From NCBI RefSeq assembly GCF_009914755.1, contig NC_060942.1: a stretch of 64,000 bases of DNA; one strand, given 5' to 3'. Numbering within the stretch: position 1 is the first letter of the stretch; each line of letters begins with the position of its first letter. The translations under genes were made by a program, and so were the position numbers. This DNA comes from the human T2T-CHM13v2.0 reference genome, Homo sapiens. Of the stretch, positions 39,344-54,500 are shown piece by piece. The notes under the pieces were generated by a model. The model saw only the letters and a program-made list of their open reading frames with translations, made no database searches and was not told the DNA's origin.

Positions 39344-40364
39344 AACTTATTTGAGATGTGTGTATTCAACTAAGAGAGTTGAACCACCGTTTTGAAGGAG
39401 CAGTTTTGAAACACTCTTTTTCTGGAATCTGAAAGAGGATATTTGCCTAGCCTTGAGGATTTCGTTGGAAACGAGATTGTCTTCAGATCAAATCTATACA
39501 GAAGCATTCTCAGAAACTTCTTTGGGATGTTTGCATTCAAGTCACAGAGTAGAACATTCCCTTTGGTAGAGCAGGTTTGAAACACTCTTTTTTTAGTATA
39601 TGGAAGTGGACATTTGGAGCGCATTCAGGCCTACGTTGGAAAAGGAAATATCTTCCCATAACAACTAGACAGAAGCATTCTCAGAAACTAGTTTCTGATG
39701 TGTGTCCTCAACTAACACAGTTGCACATTTCTTTAGACAGAACAGTTTTGAAACACTCTTTTTGTGGAATCTGCAAGTGGCTATTTGGCTAGATTTGAGG
39801 ATTTCGTTGGAAACGGGATTACATATAAAAAGCAGTCAGCAGCATTCTCAGAAAGTTCTTTGTGATGATTGCATTCAAGTCACAGAATTGAACATTCCCT
39901 TTCACAGAGCAGGTTTGAAATACTCTTTTTTAGTGTGTGTAATTGGACATTTGGAGCACTTTCCGGCCTAAGGTGAAAAAGGAAATATCTTCCCATAAAA
40001 ACTAGACAGAAGCATTCTCAGAAACTTACTCGTGATGTGTGTCCTCCACTAAATGAGTAGAACCTTTCTTTTCATAGAGAAGTTTTGAAACGCTCTTTTT
40101 GTAGAATCTGCAAGAGGATATTTGCATAGCTTTGAGGATTTCGTGGGAAACGGGATTGTCTTCAGGTAAAATCTAGACAGAAGCATTCTGAGAAACTTCT
40201 TTGGGATGTTTGCATTCAAGTCACAGAGTAGAACATTCCCTTTGGTAGAGCAGGTTTGAAACACTCTTTTTGTATTATCTGGAAGTGGACATTTGGAGCG
40301 CTTTCAGGCCTATGTTGGAAAGGGAAATATCTTCCCGTAACAACTAGGCAGAAGCATTCTCAGA
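39344..40364 (+). repeat. 6-mer HOR variant, copy 3
   Basis: Same junction and SNVs. Confidence 0.93.
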
Positions 40365-42399
40365 AACTTATTTGAGATGTGTGTACTCAACTAAGAGAAT
40401 TGAATCACCGTTTTGAAGGAGCAGTTTTGAAACACTCTTTTTCTGGAATCTGCAAGAGGATATTTGCCTAGCCTTGAGGATTTCGTTGGAAACGGGATTG
40501 TCTTTAGATCAAATCTAGACAGAAGCATTCTCAGAAACTTCTTTGGGATGTTTGCATTCAAGTCACAGAGTAGAACATTCCCTTTGGTAGAGCAGGTTTG
40601 AAACACTCTTTTTTTAGTATATGGAAGTGGACATTTGGAGCGCTTTCAGGCCTACGTTGGAAGAGGAAATATCTTCCCATAACAACTAGACAGAAGCATT
40701 CTCAGAAACTTGTTTCTGATGTGTTTCCTCAACTAACACAGTTGAACATTTCTTTAGACAGAACAGTTTTGAAACACTCTTTTTGTGGAATCTGCAAGGG
40801 GCTATTTGGCTAGATTTGAGGATTTCGTTGGAAACGGGATTACATATAAAAAGCAGACAGCAGCATTCTCAGAAAGTTCTTTGTGATGATTGCATTCAAG
40901 TCACAGAATTGAACATTCCCTTTCACAGAGCAGGTTTGAAACACTCTTTTTGTAGTGTGTGTAAGTGGACATTTGGAGCACTTTCCGGCCTAAGGTGAAG
41001 AAGGGAATATCTTCCCATAAAAACTAGACAGAAGCATTCTCAGAAACTTACTCGTGATGTGTGTCCTCAACTAAAGGAGTAGAACCTTTGTTTTCATAGA
41101 GAAGTTTTGAAACGCTCTTTTTGTGGAATCTGCAAGTGGATATTTGGCTAGTTTGGAGGATTTCGTTGGAAGCGGGAATTCATACAAATTGCAGACTGCA
41201 GCGTTCTGAGAAACATCTTTGTGATGTTTGTATTCAGGACACTGAGTTGAACATTCCCTATCATAGAGCAGGTTTGAATCACTCCTTTTGTAGTATCTGG
41301 AAGTGGACATTTGGAGCGCTTTCAGGCCTATGTTGGAAAAGGAAATATCTTCCCATAACAACTAGACAGAAGCATTCTCAGAAACTTATTTGAGATGTGT
41401 GTACTCAACTAAGAGAATTGAACCACCGTTTTGAAGGAGCAGTTTTGAAACACTCTTTTTCTGGAATCTGCAAGTGGATATTTGGCTAGCTTTGGGGATT
41501 TCGCTGGAAGCGGGAATACATATAAAAAGCACACAGCAGCGTTCTGAGAAACTGCTTTCTGATGTTTGCATTCAAGTCAAAAGTTGAACACTCCCTTTCA
41601 TAGAGCAGTCCTGAAACACTCCTTTTGTAGTATCTGGAACTGGACTTTTGGAGCGCTTTCAGGGCTAAGGTGAAAAAGGAAATATCTTCCCATAAAAACT
41701 GGACAGAAGCATTCTCAGAAACTTGTTTATGCTGTATCTACTCAACTAACAAAGTTGAACCTTTCTTTTGATAGAGCAGTTTTGAAATGCTCTTTTTGTG
41801 GAATCTGCAAGTGGATATTTGGCTAGTTTTGAGGATTTCGTTGGAAGCGGGAATTCATACAAATTGCAGACTGCAGCGTTCTGAGAAACATCTTTGTGAT
41901 GTTTGTATTCAGGACAGAGAGTTGAACATTCCCTATCATAGAGCAGGTTGGAATCACTCCTTTTGTAGTATCTGGAAGTGGACATTTGGAGCGCTTTCAG
42001 GCCTATGTTGAAAAAGGAAATATCTTCCCATAACAACTAGACACAAGCATTCTCAGAAACTTGTTTGTGATGTGTGCCCTCTACTGACAGAGTTGAACCT
42101 TTCTTTTCATAGAGCAGTTTTGAAACACTCTTTTTGTAGAATCTGCAAGAGGATATTTGCATAGCTTTGAGGATTACGTGGGAAACGGGATAGTCTTCAG
42201 GTAAAATCTAGACAGAAGCATTCTCAGAAACTTCTTTGGGATGTTTGCATTCAAGTCACAGAGTAGAACATTCCCTTTGGTAGAGTAGGTTTGAAACACT
42301 CTTTTTGTAGTATCTGGAAGTGGACATTTGGAGCGCTTTCAGGCCTATGTTGGAAAGGGAAATATCTTCCCGTAACAACTAGGCAGAAGCATTCTCAGA

Positions 42400-43420
42400 A
42401 ACTTATTTGAGATGTGTGTATTCAACTAAGAGAGTTGAACCACCGTTTTGAAGGAGCAGTTTTGAAACACTCTTTTTCTGGAATCTGAAAGAGGATATTT
42501 GCCTAGCCTTGAGGATTTCGTTGGAAACGAGATTGTCTTCAGATCAAATCTATACAGAAGCATTCTCAGAAACTTCTTTGGGATGTTTGCATTCAAGTCA
42601 CAGAGTAGAACATTCCCTTTGGTAGAGCAGGTTTGAAACACTCTTTTTTTAGTATATGGAAGTGGACATTTGGAGCGCATTCAGGCCTACGTTGGAAAAG
42701 GAAATATCTTCCCATAACAACTAGACAGAAGCATTCTCAGAAACTAGTTTCTGATGTGTGTCCTCAACTAACACAGTTGCACATTTCTTTAGACAGAACA
42801 GTTTTGAAACACTCTTTTTGTGGAATCTGCAAGTGGCTATTTGGCTAGATTTGAGGATTTCGTTGGAAACGGGATTACATATAAAAAGCAGTCAGCAGCA
42901 TTCTCAGAAAGTTCTTTGTGATGATTGCATTCAAGTCACAGAATTGAACATTCCCTTTCACAGAGCAGGTTTGAAATACTCTTTTTTAGTGTGTGTAATT
43001 GGACATTTGGAGCACTTTCCGGCCTAAGGTGAAAAAGGAAATATCTTCCCATAAAAACTAGACAGAAGCATTCTCAGAAACTTACTCGTGATGTGTGTCC
43101 TCCACTAAATGAGTAGAACCTTTCTTTTCATAGAGAAGTTTTGAAACGCTCTTTTTGTAGAATCTGCAAGAGGATATTTGCATAGCTTTGAGGATTTCGT
43201 GGGAAACGGGATTGTCTTCAGGTAAAATCTAGACAGAAGCATTCTGAGAAACTTCTTTGGGATGTTTGCATTCAAGTCACAGAGTAGAACATTCCCTTTG
43301 GTAGAGCAGGTTTGAAACACTCTTTTTGTATTATCTGGAAGTGGACATTTGGAGCGCTTTCAGGCCTATGTTGGAAAGGGAAATATCTTCCCGTAACAAC
43401 TAGGCAGAAGCATTCTCAGA
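42400..43420 (+). repeat. 6-mer HOR variant, copy 4
   Basis: Same junction and SNVs. Confidence 0.93.
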
Positions 43421-46400
43421 AACTTATTTGAGATGTGTGTACTCAACTAAGAGAATTGAATCACCGTTTTGAAGGAGCAGTTTTGAAACACTCTTTTTCT
43501 GGAATCTGCAAGAGGATATTTGCCTAGCCTTGAGGATTTCGTTGGAAACGGGATTGTCTTTAGATCAAATCTAGACAGAAGCATTCTCAGAAACTTCTTT
43601 GGGATGTTTGCATTCAAGTCACAGAGTAGAACATTCCCTTTGGTAGAGCAGGTTTGAAACACTCTTTTTTTAGTATATGGAAGTGGACATTTGGAGCGCT
43701 TTCAGGCCTACGTTGGAAGAGGAAATATCTTCCCATAACAACTAGACAGAAGCATTCTCAGAAACTTGTTTCTGATGTGTTTCCTCAACTAACACAGTTG
43801 AACATTTCTTTAGACAGAACAGTTTTGAAACACTCTTTTTGTGGAATCTGCAAGGGGCTATTTGGCTAGATTTGAGGATTTCGTTGGAAACGGGATTACA
43901 TATAAAAAGCAGACAGCAGCATTCTCAGAAAGTTCTTTGTGATGATTGCATTCAAGTCACAGAATTGAACATTCCCTTTCACAGAGCAGGTTTGAAACAC
44001 TCTTTTTGTAGTGTGTGTAAGTGGACATTTGGAGCACTTTCCGGCCTAAGGTGAAGAAGGGAATATCTTCCCATAAAAACTAGACAGAAGCATTCTCAGA
44101 AACTTACTCGTGATGTGTGTCCTCAACTAAAGGAGTAGAACCTTTGTTTTCATAGAGAAGTTTTGAAACGCTCTTTTTGTGGAATCTGCAAGTGGATATT
44201 TGGCTAGTTTGGAGGATTTCGTTGGAAGCGGGAATTCATACAAATTGCAGACTGCAGCGTTCTGAGAAACATCTTTGTGATGTTTGTATTCAGGACACTG
44301 AGTTGAACATTCCCTATCATAGAGCAGGTTTGAATCACTCCTTTTGTAGTATCTGGAAGTGGACATTTGGAGCGCTTTCAGGCCTATGTTGGAAAAGGAA
44401 ATATCTTCCCATAACAACTAGACAGAAGCATTCTCAGAAACTTATTTGAGATGTGTGTACTCAACTAAGAGAATTGAACCACCGTTTTGAAGGAGCAGTT
44501 TTGAAACACTCTTTTTCTGGAATCTGCAAGTGGATATTTGGCTAGCTTTGGGGATTTCGCTGGAAGCGGGAATACATATAAAAAGCACACAGCAGCGTTC
44601 TGAGAAACTGCTTTCTGATGTTTGCATTCAAGTCAAAAGTTGAACACTCCCTTTCATAGAGCAGTCCTGAAACACTCCTTTTGTAGTATCTGGAACTGGA
44701 CTTTTGGAGCGCTTTCAGGGCTAAGGTGAAAAAGGAAATATCTTCCCATAAAAACTGGACAGAAGCATTCTCAGAAACTTGTTTATGCTGTATCTACTCA
44801 ACTAACAAAGTTGAACCTTTCTTTTGATAGAGCAGTTTTGAAATGCTCTTTTTGTGGAATCTGCAAGTGGATATTTGGCTAGTTTTGAGGATTTCGTTGG
44901 AAGCGGGAATTCATACAAATTTCAGACTGCAGCGTTCTGAGAAACATCTTTGTGATGTTTGTATTCAGGACAGAGAGTTGAACATTCCCTATCATAGAGC
45001 AGGTTGGAATCACTCCTTTTGTAGTATCTGGAAGTGGACATTTGGAGCGCTTTCAGGCCTATGTTGAAAAAGGAAATATCTTCCCATAACAACTAGACAC
45101 AAGCATTCTCAGAAACTTGTTTGTGATGTGTGCCCTCTACTGACAGAGTTGAACCTTTCTTTTCATAGAGCAGTTTTGAAACACTCTTTTTGTAGAATCT
45201 GCAAGAGGATATTTGCATAGCTTTGAGGATTTCGTGGGAAACGGGATTGTCTTCAGGTAAAATCTAGACAGAAGCATTCTCAGAAACTTCTTTGGGATGT
45301 TTGCATTCAAGTCACAGAGTAGAACATTCCCTTTGGTAGAGCAGGTTTGAAACACTCTTTTTATAGTATCTGGAAGTGGACATTTGGAGCGCTTTCAAGC
45401 CTATGTTGGAAAGGGAAATATCTTCCCGTAACAACTAGGCAGAAGCATTCTCAGAAACTTATTTGAGATGTGTGTACTCAACTAAGAGAATTGAACCACC
45501 GTTTTGAAGGAGCAGTTTTGAAACACTCTTTTTCTGGAATCTGCAAGAGGATATTTGCCTAGCTTGGAGGATTTCGTTGGAAACGGGATTGTCTTCAGAT
45601 CAAATCTAGACAGAAGCATTCTCAGAAACTTCTTTGGGATGTTTGCATTCAAGTCACAGAGTAGAACATTCCCTTTGGTAGAGCAGGTTTGAAACACTCT
45701 TTTTTTAGTATATGGAAGTGGACATTTGGAGCGCTTTCAGGCCTACGTTGGAAAAGGAAATATCTTCCCATAACAATTAGACAGAAGCATTCTCAGAAAC
45801 TAGTTTCTGATGTGTGTCCTCAACTAACACAGTTGAACATTTCTTTAGACAGAACAGTTTTGAAACTCTCTTTTTGTGGAATCTGCAAGTGGCTATTTGG
45901 CTAGATTTGAGGATTTCGTTGGAAACGGGATTACATATAAAAAGCAGACAGCAGCATTCTCAGAACGTTCTTTGTGATGATTGCATTCAAGTCACAGAAT
46001 TGAACATTCCCTTTCACAGAGCAGGTTTGAAACACTCTTTTTGTAGTGTGTGTAAGTGGACATTTGGAGCACTTTCCGGCCTAAGGTGAAAAAGGAAATA
46101 TCTTCCCATAAAAACTAGACAGAAGCATTCTAAGAAACTTACTCGTGATGTGTGTCCTCAACTAAAGGAGTAGAACCTTTCTTTTCATAGAGAAGTTTTG
46201 AAACGCTCTTTTTGTGGAATCTGCAAGTGGATATTTGGCTAGTTTTGAGGATTTCGTTGGAAGCGGGAATTCATACAAATTGCAGACTGCAGCGTTCTGA
46301 GAAACATCTTTGTGATGTTTGTATTCAGGACACAGAGTTGAACATTCCCTATCATAGAGCAGGTTTGAATCATTCCTTTTGTAGTATCTGGAAGTGGACA

Positions 46401-47490
46401 TTTGGAGCGCTTTCAGGCCTATGTTGGAAAAGGAAATATCTTCCCATATCAACTAGACAGAAGCATTCTCAGAAACTTATTTGAGATGTGTGTACTCAAC
46501 TAAGAGAATTGAACCACCGTTTTGAAGGAGCAGTTTTGAAACACTCTTTTTCTGGAATCTGCAAGTGGATATTTGGCTAGCTTTGGGGATTTCGCTGGAA
46601 GCGGGAATACATATAAAAAGCACACAGCAGCGTTCTGAGAAACTGCTTTCTGATGTTTGCATTCAAGTCAAAAGTTGAACACTCCCTTTCATAGAGCAGT
46701 CCTGAAACACTCCTTTTGTAGTATCTGGAACTGGACTTTTGGAGCGCTTTCAGGGCTAAGGTGAAAAAGGAAATATCTTCCCATAAAAACTGGACAGAAT
46801 CATTCTCAGAAACTTGTTTATGCTGTATCTACTCAACTAACATAGTTGAACCTTTCTTTTGATAGAGCAGTTTTGAAATGCTCTTTTTGTGGAATCTGCA
46901 AGTGGATATTTGGCTAGTTTTGAGGATTTCGTTGGAAGCGGGAATTCATACAAATTGCAGACTGCAGCGTTCTGAGAAACATCTTTGTGATGTTTGTATT
47001 CAGGACAGAGAGTTGAACATTCCCTATCATAGAGCAGGTTGGAATCACTCCTTTTGTAGTATCTGGAAGTGGACATTTGGAGCGCTTTCAGGCCTATGTT
47101 GAAAAAGGAAATATCTTCCCATAACAACTAGACACAAGCATTCTCAGAAACTTGTTTGTGATGTGTGCCCTCTAGTGACAGAGTTGAACCTTTCTTTTCA
47201 TAGAGCAGTTTTGAAACACTCTTTTTGTAGAATCTGCAAGAGGATATTTGCATAGCTTTGAAGATTACGTGGGAAACAGGATAGTCTTCAGGTAAAATCT
47301 AGACAGAAGCATTCTCAGAAACTTCTTTGGGATGTTTGCATTCAAGTCACAGAGTAGAACATTCCCTTTGGTAGAGTAGGTTTGAAACACTCTTTTTGTA
47401 GTATCTGGAAGTGGACATTTGGAGCGCTTTCAGGCCTATGTTGGAAAGGGAAATATCTTCCCGTAACAACTAGGCAGAAGCATTCTCAGA

Positions 47491-48511
47491 AACTTATTTG
47501 AGATGTGTGTATTCAACTAAGAGAGTTGAACCACCGTTTTGAAGGAGCAGTTTTGAAACACTCTTTTTCTGGAATCTGAAAGAGGATATTTGCCTAGCCT
47601 TGAGGATTTCGTTGGAAACGAGATTGTCTTCAGATCAAATCTATACAGAAGCATTCTCAGAAACTTCTTTGGGATGTTTGCATTCAAGTCACAGAGTAGA
47701 ACATTCCCTTTGGTAGAGCAGGTTTGAAACACTCTTTTTTTAGTATATGGAAGTGGACATTTGGAGCGCATTCAGGCCTACGTTGGAAAAGGAAATATCT
47801 TCCCATAACAACTAGACAGAAGCATTCTCAGAAACTAGTTTCTGATGTGTGTCCTCAACTAACACAGTTGTACATTTCTTTAGACAGAACAGTTTTGAAA
47901 CACTCTTTTTGTGGAATCTGCAAGTGGCTATTTGGCTAGATTTGAGGATTTCGTTGGAAACGGGATTACATATAAAAAGCAGTCAGCAGCATTCTCAGAA
48001 AGTTCTTTGTGATGATTGCATTCAAGTCACAGAATTGAACATTCCCTTTCACAGAGCAGGTTTGAAATACTCTTTTTTAGTGTGTGTAATTGGACATTTG
48101 GAGCACTTTCCGGCCTAAGGTGAAAAAGGAAATATCTTCCCATAAAAACTAGACAGAAGCATTCTCAGAAACTTACTCGTGATGTGTGTCCTCCACTAAA
48201 TGAGTAGAACCTTTCTTTTCATAGAGAAGTTTTGAAACGCTCTTTTTGTAGAATCTGCAAGAGGATATTTGCATAGCTTTGAGGATTTCGTGGGAAACGG
48301 GATTGTCTTCAGGTAAAATCTAGACAGAAGCATTCTGAGAAACTTCTTTGGGATGTTTGCATTCAAGTCACAGAGTAGAACATTCCCTTTGGTAGAGCAG
48401 GTTTGAAACACTCTTTTTGTATTATCTGGAAGTGGACATTTGGAGCGCTTTCAGGCCTATGTTGGAAAGGGAAATATCTTCCCGTAACAACTAGGCAGAA
48501 GCATTCTCAGA
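47491..48511 (+). repeat. 6-mer HOR variant, copy 5
   Basis: Same junction and SNVs. Confidence 0.93.
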
Positions 48512-51500
48512 AACTTATTTGAGATGTGTGTACTCAACTAAGAGAATTGAATCACCGTTTTGAAGGAGCAGTTTTGAAACACTCTTTTTCTGGAATCTGC
48601 AAGAGGATATTTGCCTAGCCTTGAGGATTTCGTTGGAAACGGGATTGTCTTTAGATCAAATCTAGACAGAAGCATTCTCAGAAACTTCTTTGGGATGTTT
48701 GCATTCAAGTCACAGAGTAGAACATTCCCTTTGGTAGAGCAGGTTTGAAACACTCTTTTTTTAGTATATGGAAGTGGACATTTGGAGCGCTTTCAGGCCT
48801 ACGTTGGAAGAGGAAATATCTTCCCATAACAACTAGACAGAAGCATTCTCAGAAACTTGTTTCTGATGTGTTTCCTCAACTAACACAGTTGAACATTTCT
48901 TTAGACAGAACAGTTTTGAAACACTCTTTTTGTGGAATCTGCAAGTGGCTATTTGGCTAGATTTGAGGATTTCGTTGGAAACGGGATTACATATAAAAAG
49001 CAGACAGCAGCATTCTCAGAAAGTTCTTTGTGATGATTGCATTCAAGTCACAGAATTGAACATTCCCTTTCACAGAGCAGGTTTGAAACACTCTTTTTGT
49101 AGTGTGTGTAAGTGGACATTTGGAGCACTTTCCGGCCTAAGGTGAAGAAGGGAATATCTTCCCATAAAAACTAGACAGAAGCATTCTCAGAAACTTACTC
49201 GTGATGTGTGTCCTCAACTAAAGGAGTAGAACCTTTGTTTTCATAGAGAAGTTTTGAAACGCTCTTTTTGTGGAATCTGCAAGTGGATATTTGGCTAGTT
49301 TGGAGGATTTCGTTGGAAGCGGGAATTCATACAAATTGCAGACTGCAGCGTTCTGAGAAACATCTTTGTGATGTTTGTATTCAGGACACTGAGTTGAACA
49401 TTCCCTATCATAGAGCAGGTTTGAATCACTCCTTTTGTAGTATCTGGAAGTGGACATTTGGAGCGCTTTCAGGCCTATGTTGGAAAAGGAAATATCTTCC
49501 CATAACAACTAGACAGAAGCATTCTCAGAAACTTATTTGAGATGTGTGTACTCAACTAAGAGAATTGAACCACCGTTTTGAAGGAGCAGTTTTGAAACAC
49601 TCTTTTTCTGGAATCTGCAAGTGGATATTTGGCTAGCTTTGGGGATTTCGCTGGAAGCGGGAATACATATAAAAAGCACACAGCAGCGTTCTGAGAAACT
49701 GCTTTCTGATGTTTGCATTCAAGTCAAAAGTTGAACACTCCCTTTCATAGAGCAGTCCTGAAACACTCCTTTTGTAGTATCTGGAACTGGACTTTTGGAG
49801 CGCTTTCAGGGCTAAGGTGAAAAAGGAAATATCTTCCCATAAAAACTGGACAGAAGCATTCTCAGAAACTTGTTTATGCTGTATCTACTCAACTAACAAA
49901 GTTGAACCTTTCTTTTGATAGAGCAGTTTTGAAATGCTCTTTTTGTGGAATCTGCAAGTGGATATTTGGCTAGTTTTGAGGATTTCGTTGGAAGCGGGAA
50001 TTCATACAAATTGCAGACTGCAGCGTTCTGAGAAACATCTTTGTGATGTTTGTATTCAGGACAGAGAGTTGAACATTCCCTATCATAGAGCAGGTTGGAA
50101 TCACTCCTTTTGTAGTATCTGGAAGTGGACATTTGGAGCGCTTTCAGGCCTATGTTGAAAAAGGAAATATCTTCCCATAACAACTAGACACAAGCATTCT
50201 CAGAAACTTGTTTGTGATGTGTGCCCTCTACTGACAGAGTTGAACCTTTCTTTTCATAGAGCAGTTTTGAAACACTCTTTTTGTAGAATCTGCAAGAGGA
50301 TATTTGCATAGCTTTGAGGATTTCGTGGGAAACGGGATTGTCTTCAGGTAAAATCTAGACAGAAGCATTCTCAGAAACTTCTTTGGGATGTTTGCATTCA
50401 AGTCACAGAGCAGAACATTCCCTTTGGTAGAGCAGGTTTGAAACACTCTTTTTGTAGTATCTGGAAGTGGACATTTGGAGCGCTTTCAGGCCTATGTTGG
50501 AAAGGGAAATATCTTCCCGTAACAACTAGGCAGAAGCATTCTCAGAAACTTATTTGAGATGTGTGTACTCAACTAAGAGAATTGAACCACCGTTTTGAAG
50601 GAGCAGTTTTGAAACACTCTTTTTCTGGAATCTGCAAGAGGATATTTGCCTAGCCTTGAGGATTTCGTTGGAAACGGGATTGTGTTCAGATCAAATCTAG
50701 ACAGAAGCATTCTCAGAAACTTCTTTGGGATGTTTGCATTCAAGTCACAGAGTAGAACATTCCCTTTGGTAGAGCAGGTTTGAAACACTCTTTTTTTAGT
50801 ATATGGAAGTGGACATTTGGAGCGCTTTCAGGCCTACGTTGGAAAAGGAAATATCTTCCCATAACAACTAGACAGAAGCATTCTCAGAAACTAGTTTCTG
50901 ATGTGTGTCCTCAACTAACACAGTTGAACATTTCTTTAGACAGAACAGTTTTGAAACTCTCTTTTTGTGGAATCTGCAAGTGGCTATTTGGCTAGATTTG
51001 AGGATTTCGTTGGAAACGGGATTACATATAAAAAGCAGACAGCAGCATTCTCAGAAAGTTCTTTGTGATGATTGCATTCAAGTCACAGAATTGAACATTC
51101 CCTTTCACAGAGCAGGTTTGAAACACTCTTTTTGTAGTGTGTGTAAGTGGACATTTGGAGTACTTTCCGGCCTAAGGTGAAAAAGGAAATATCTTCCCAT
51201 AAAAACTAGACAGAAGCATTCTCAGAAACTTACTCGTGATGTGTGTCCTCAACTAAAGGAGTAGAACCTTTCTTTTCATAGAGAAGTTTTGAAACGCTCT
51301 TTTTGTGGAATCTGCAAGTGGATATTTGGCTAGTTTTGAGGATTTCGTTGGAAGCGGGAATTCATACAAATTGCAGACTGCAGCGTTCTGAGAAACATCT
51401 TTGTGATGTTTGTATTCAGGACACAGAGTTGAACATTCCCTATCATAGAGCAGGTTGGAATCACTCCTTTTGTAGTATCTGGAAGTGGACATTTGGAGCG

Positions 51501-54500
51501 CTTTCAGGCCTATGTTGGAAAAGGAAATATCTTCCCATAACAACTAGACAGAAGCATTCTCAGAAACTTATTTGAGATGTGTGTACTCAACTAAGAGAAT
51601 TGAACCACCGTTTTGAAGGAGCAGTTTTGAAACACTCTTTTTCTGGAATCTGCAAGTGGATATTTGGCTAGCTTTGGGGATTTCGCTGGAAGCGGGAATA
51701 CATATAAAAAGCACACAGCAGCGTTCTGAGAAACTGCTTTCTGATGTTTGCATTCAAGTCAAAAGTTGAACACTCCCTTTCATAGAGCAGTCCTGAAACA
51801 CTCCTTTTGTAGTATCTGGAACTGGACTTTTGGAGCGCTTTCAGGGCTAAGGTGAAAAAGGAAATATCTTCCCATAAAAACTGGACAGAAGCATTCTCAG
51901 AAACTTGTTTATGCTGTATCTACTCAACTAACAAAGTTGAACCTTTCTTTTGATAGAGCAGTTTTGAAATGCTCTTTTTGTGGAATCTGCAAGTGGATAT
52001 TTTGCTAGTTTTGAGGATTTCGCTGGAAGCGGGAATTCATACAAATTGCAGACTGCAGCGTTCTGAGAAACATCTTTGTGATGTTTGTATTCAGGACAGA
52101 GAGTTGAACATTCCCTATCATAGAGCAGGTTGGAATCACTCCTTTTGTAGTATCTGGAAGTGGACATTTGGAGCGCTTTCAGGCCTATGTTGAAAAAGGA
52201 AATATCTTCCCATAACAACTAGACACAAGCATTCTCAGAAACTTGTTTGTGATGTGTGCCCTCTACTGACAGAGTTGAACCTTTCTTTTCATAGAGCAGT
52301 TTTGAAACACTCTTTTTGTAGAATCTGCAAGAGGATATTTGCATAGCTTTGAGGATTTCGTGGGAAACGGGATTGTCTTCAGGTAAAATCTAGACAGAAG
52401 CATTCTCAGAAACTTCTTTGGGATGTTTGCATTCAAGTCACAGAGTAGAACATTCCCTTTGGTAGAGCAGGTTTGAAACACTCTTTTTGTAGTATCTGGA
52501 AGTGGACATTTGGAGCGCTTTCAGGCCTATGTTGGAAAGGGAAATATCTTCCCGTAACAACTAGGCAGAAGCATTCTCAGAAACTTATTTGAGATGTGTG
52601 TACTCAACTAAGAGAATTGAACCACCGTTTTGAAGGAGCAGTTTTGAAACACTCTTTTTCTGGAATCTGCAAGAGGATATTTGCCTAGCCTTGAGGATTT
52701 CGTTGGAAACGGGATTGTCTTCAGATCAAATCTAGACAGAAGCATTCTCAGAAACTTCTTTGGGATGTTTGCATTCAAGTCACAGAGTAGAACATTCCCT
52801 TTGGTAGAGCAGGTTTGAAACACTCTTTTTTTAGTATATGGAAGTGGACATTTGGAGCGCTTTCAGGCCTACGTTGGAAAAGGAAATATCTTCCCATAAC
52901 AACTAGACAGAAGCATTCTCAGAAACTAGTTTCTGATGTGTGTCCTCAACTAACACAGTTGAACATTTCTTTAGACAGAACAGTTTTGAAACTCTCTTTT
53001 TGTGGAATCTGCAAGTGGCTATTTGGCTAGATTTGAGGATTTCGTTGGAAACGGGATTACATATAAAAAGCAGACAGCAGCATTCTCAGAAAGTTCTTTG
53101 TGATGATTGCATTCAAGTCACAGAATTGAACATTCCCTTTCACAGAGCAGGTTTGAAACACTCTTTTTATAGTGTGTGTAAGTGGACATTTGGAGCACTT
53201 TCCGGCCTAAGGTGAAAAAGGAAATATCTTCCCATAAAAACTAGACAGAAGCATTCTCAGAAACTTACTCGTGATGTGTGTCCTCAACTAAAGGAGTAGA
53301 ACCTTTCTTTTCATAGAGAAGTTTTGAAACGCTCTTTTTGTGGAATCTGCAAGTGGATATTTGGCTAGTTTGGAGGATTTCGTTGGAAGCGGGAATTCAT
53401 ACAAATTGCAGACTGCAGCGTTCTGAGAAACATCTTTGTGATGTTTGTATTCAGGACACAGAGTTGAACATTCCCTATCATAGAGCAGGTTGGAATCACT
53501 CCTTTTGTAGTATCTGGAAGTGGACATTTGGAGCGCTTTCAGGCCTATGTTGGAAAAGGAAATATCTTCCCATAACAACTAGACAGAAGCATTCTCAGAA
53601 ACTTATTTGAGATGTGTGTACTCAACTAAGAGAATTGAACCACCGTTTTGAAGGAGCAGTTTTGAAACACTCTTTTTCTGGAATCTGCAAGTGGATATTT
53701 GGCTAGCTTTGGGGATTTCGCTGGAAGCGGGAATACATATAAAAAGCACACAGCAGCGTTCTGAGAAACTGCTTTCTGATGTTTGCATTCAAGTCAAAAG
53801 TTGAACACTCCCTTTCATAGAGCAGTCCTGAAACACTCCTTTTGTAGTATCTGGAACTGGACTTTTGGAGCGCTTTCAGGGCTAAGGTGAAAAAGGAAAT
53901 ATCTTCCCATAAAAACTGGACAGAAGCATTCTCAGAAACTTGTTTATGCTGTATCTACTCAACTAACAAAGTTGAACCTTTCTTTTGATAGAGCAGTTTT
54001 GAAATGCTCTTTTTGTGGAATCTGCAAGTGGATATTTGGCTAGTTTTGAGGATTTCGTTGGAAGCGGGAATTCATACAAATTGCAGACTGCAGCGTTCTG
54101 AGAAACATCTTTGTGATGTTTGTATTCAGGACAGAGAGTTGAACATTCCCTATCATAGAGCAGGTTGGAATCACTCCTTTTGTAGTATCTGGAAGTGGAC
54201 ATTTGGAGCGCTTTCAGGCCTATGTTGAAAAAGGAAATATCTTCCCATAACAACTAGACACAAGCATTCTCAGAAACTTGTTTGTGATGTGTGCCCTCTA
54301 CTGACAGAGTTGAACCTTTCTTTTCATAGAGCAGTTTTGAAACACTCTTTTTGTAGAATCTGCAAGAGGATATTTGCATAGCTTTGAGGATTTCGTGGGA
54401 AACGGGATTGTCTTCAGGTAAAATCTAGACAGAAGCATTCTCAGAAACTTCTTTGGGATGTTTGCATTCAAGTCACAGAGTAGAACATTCCCTTTGGTAG

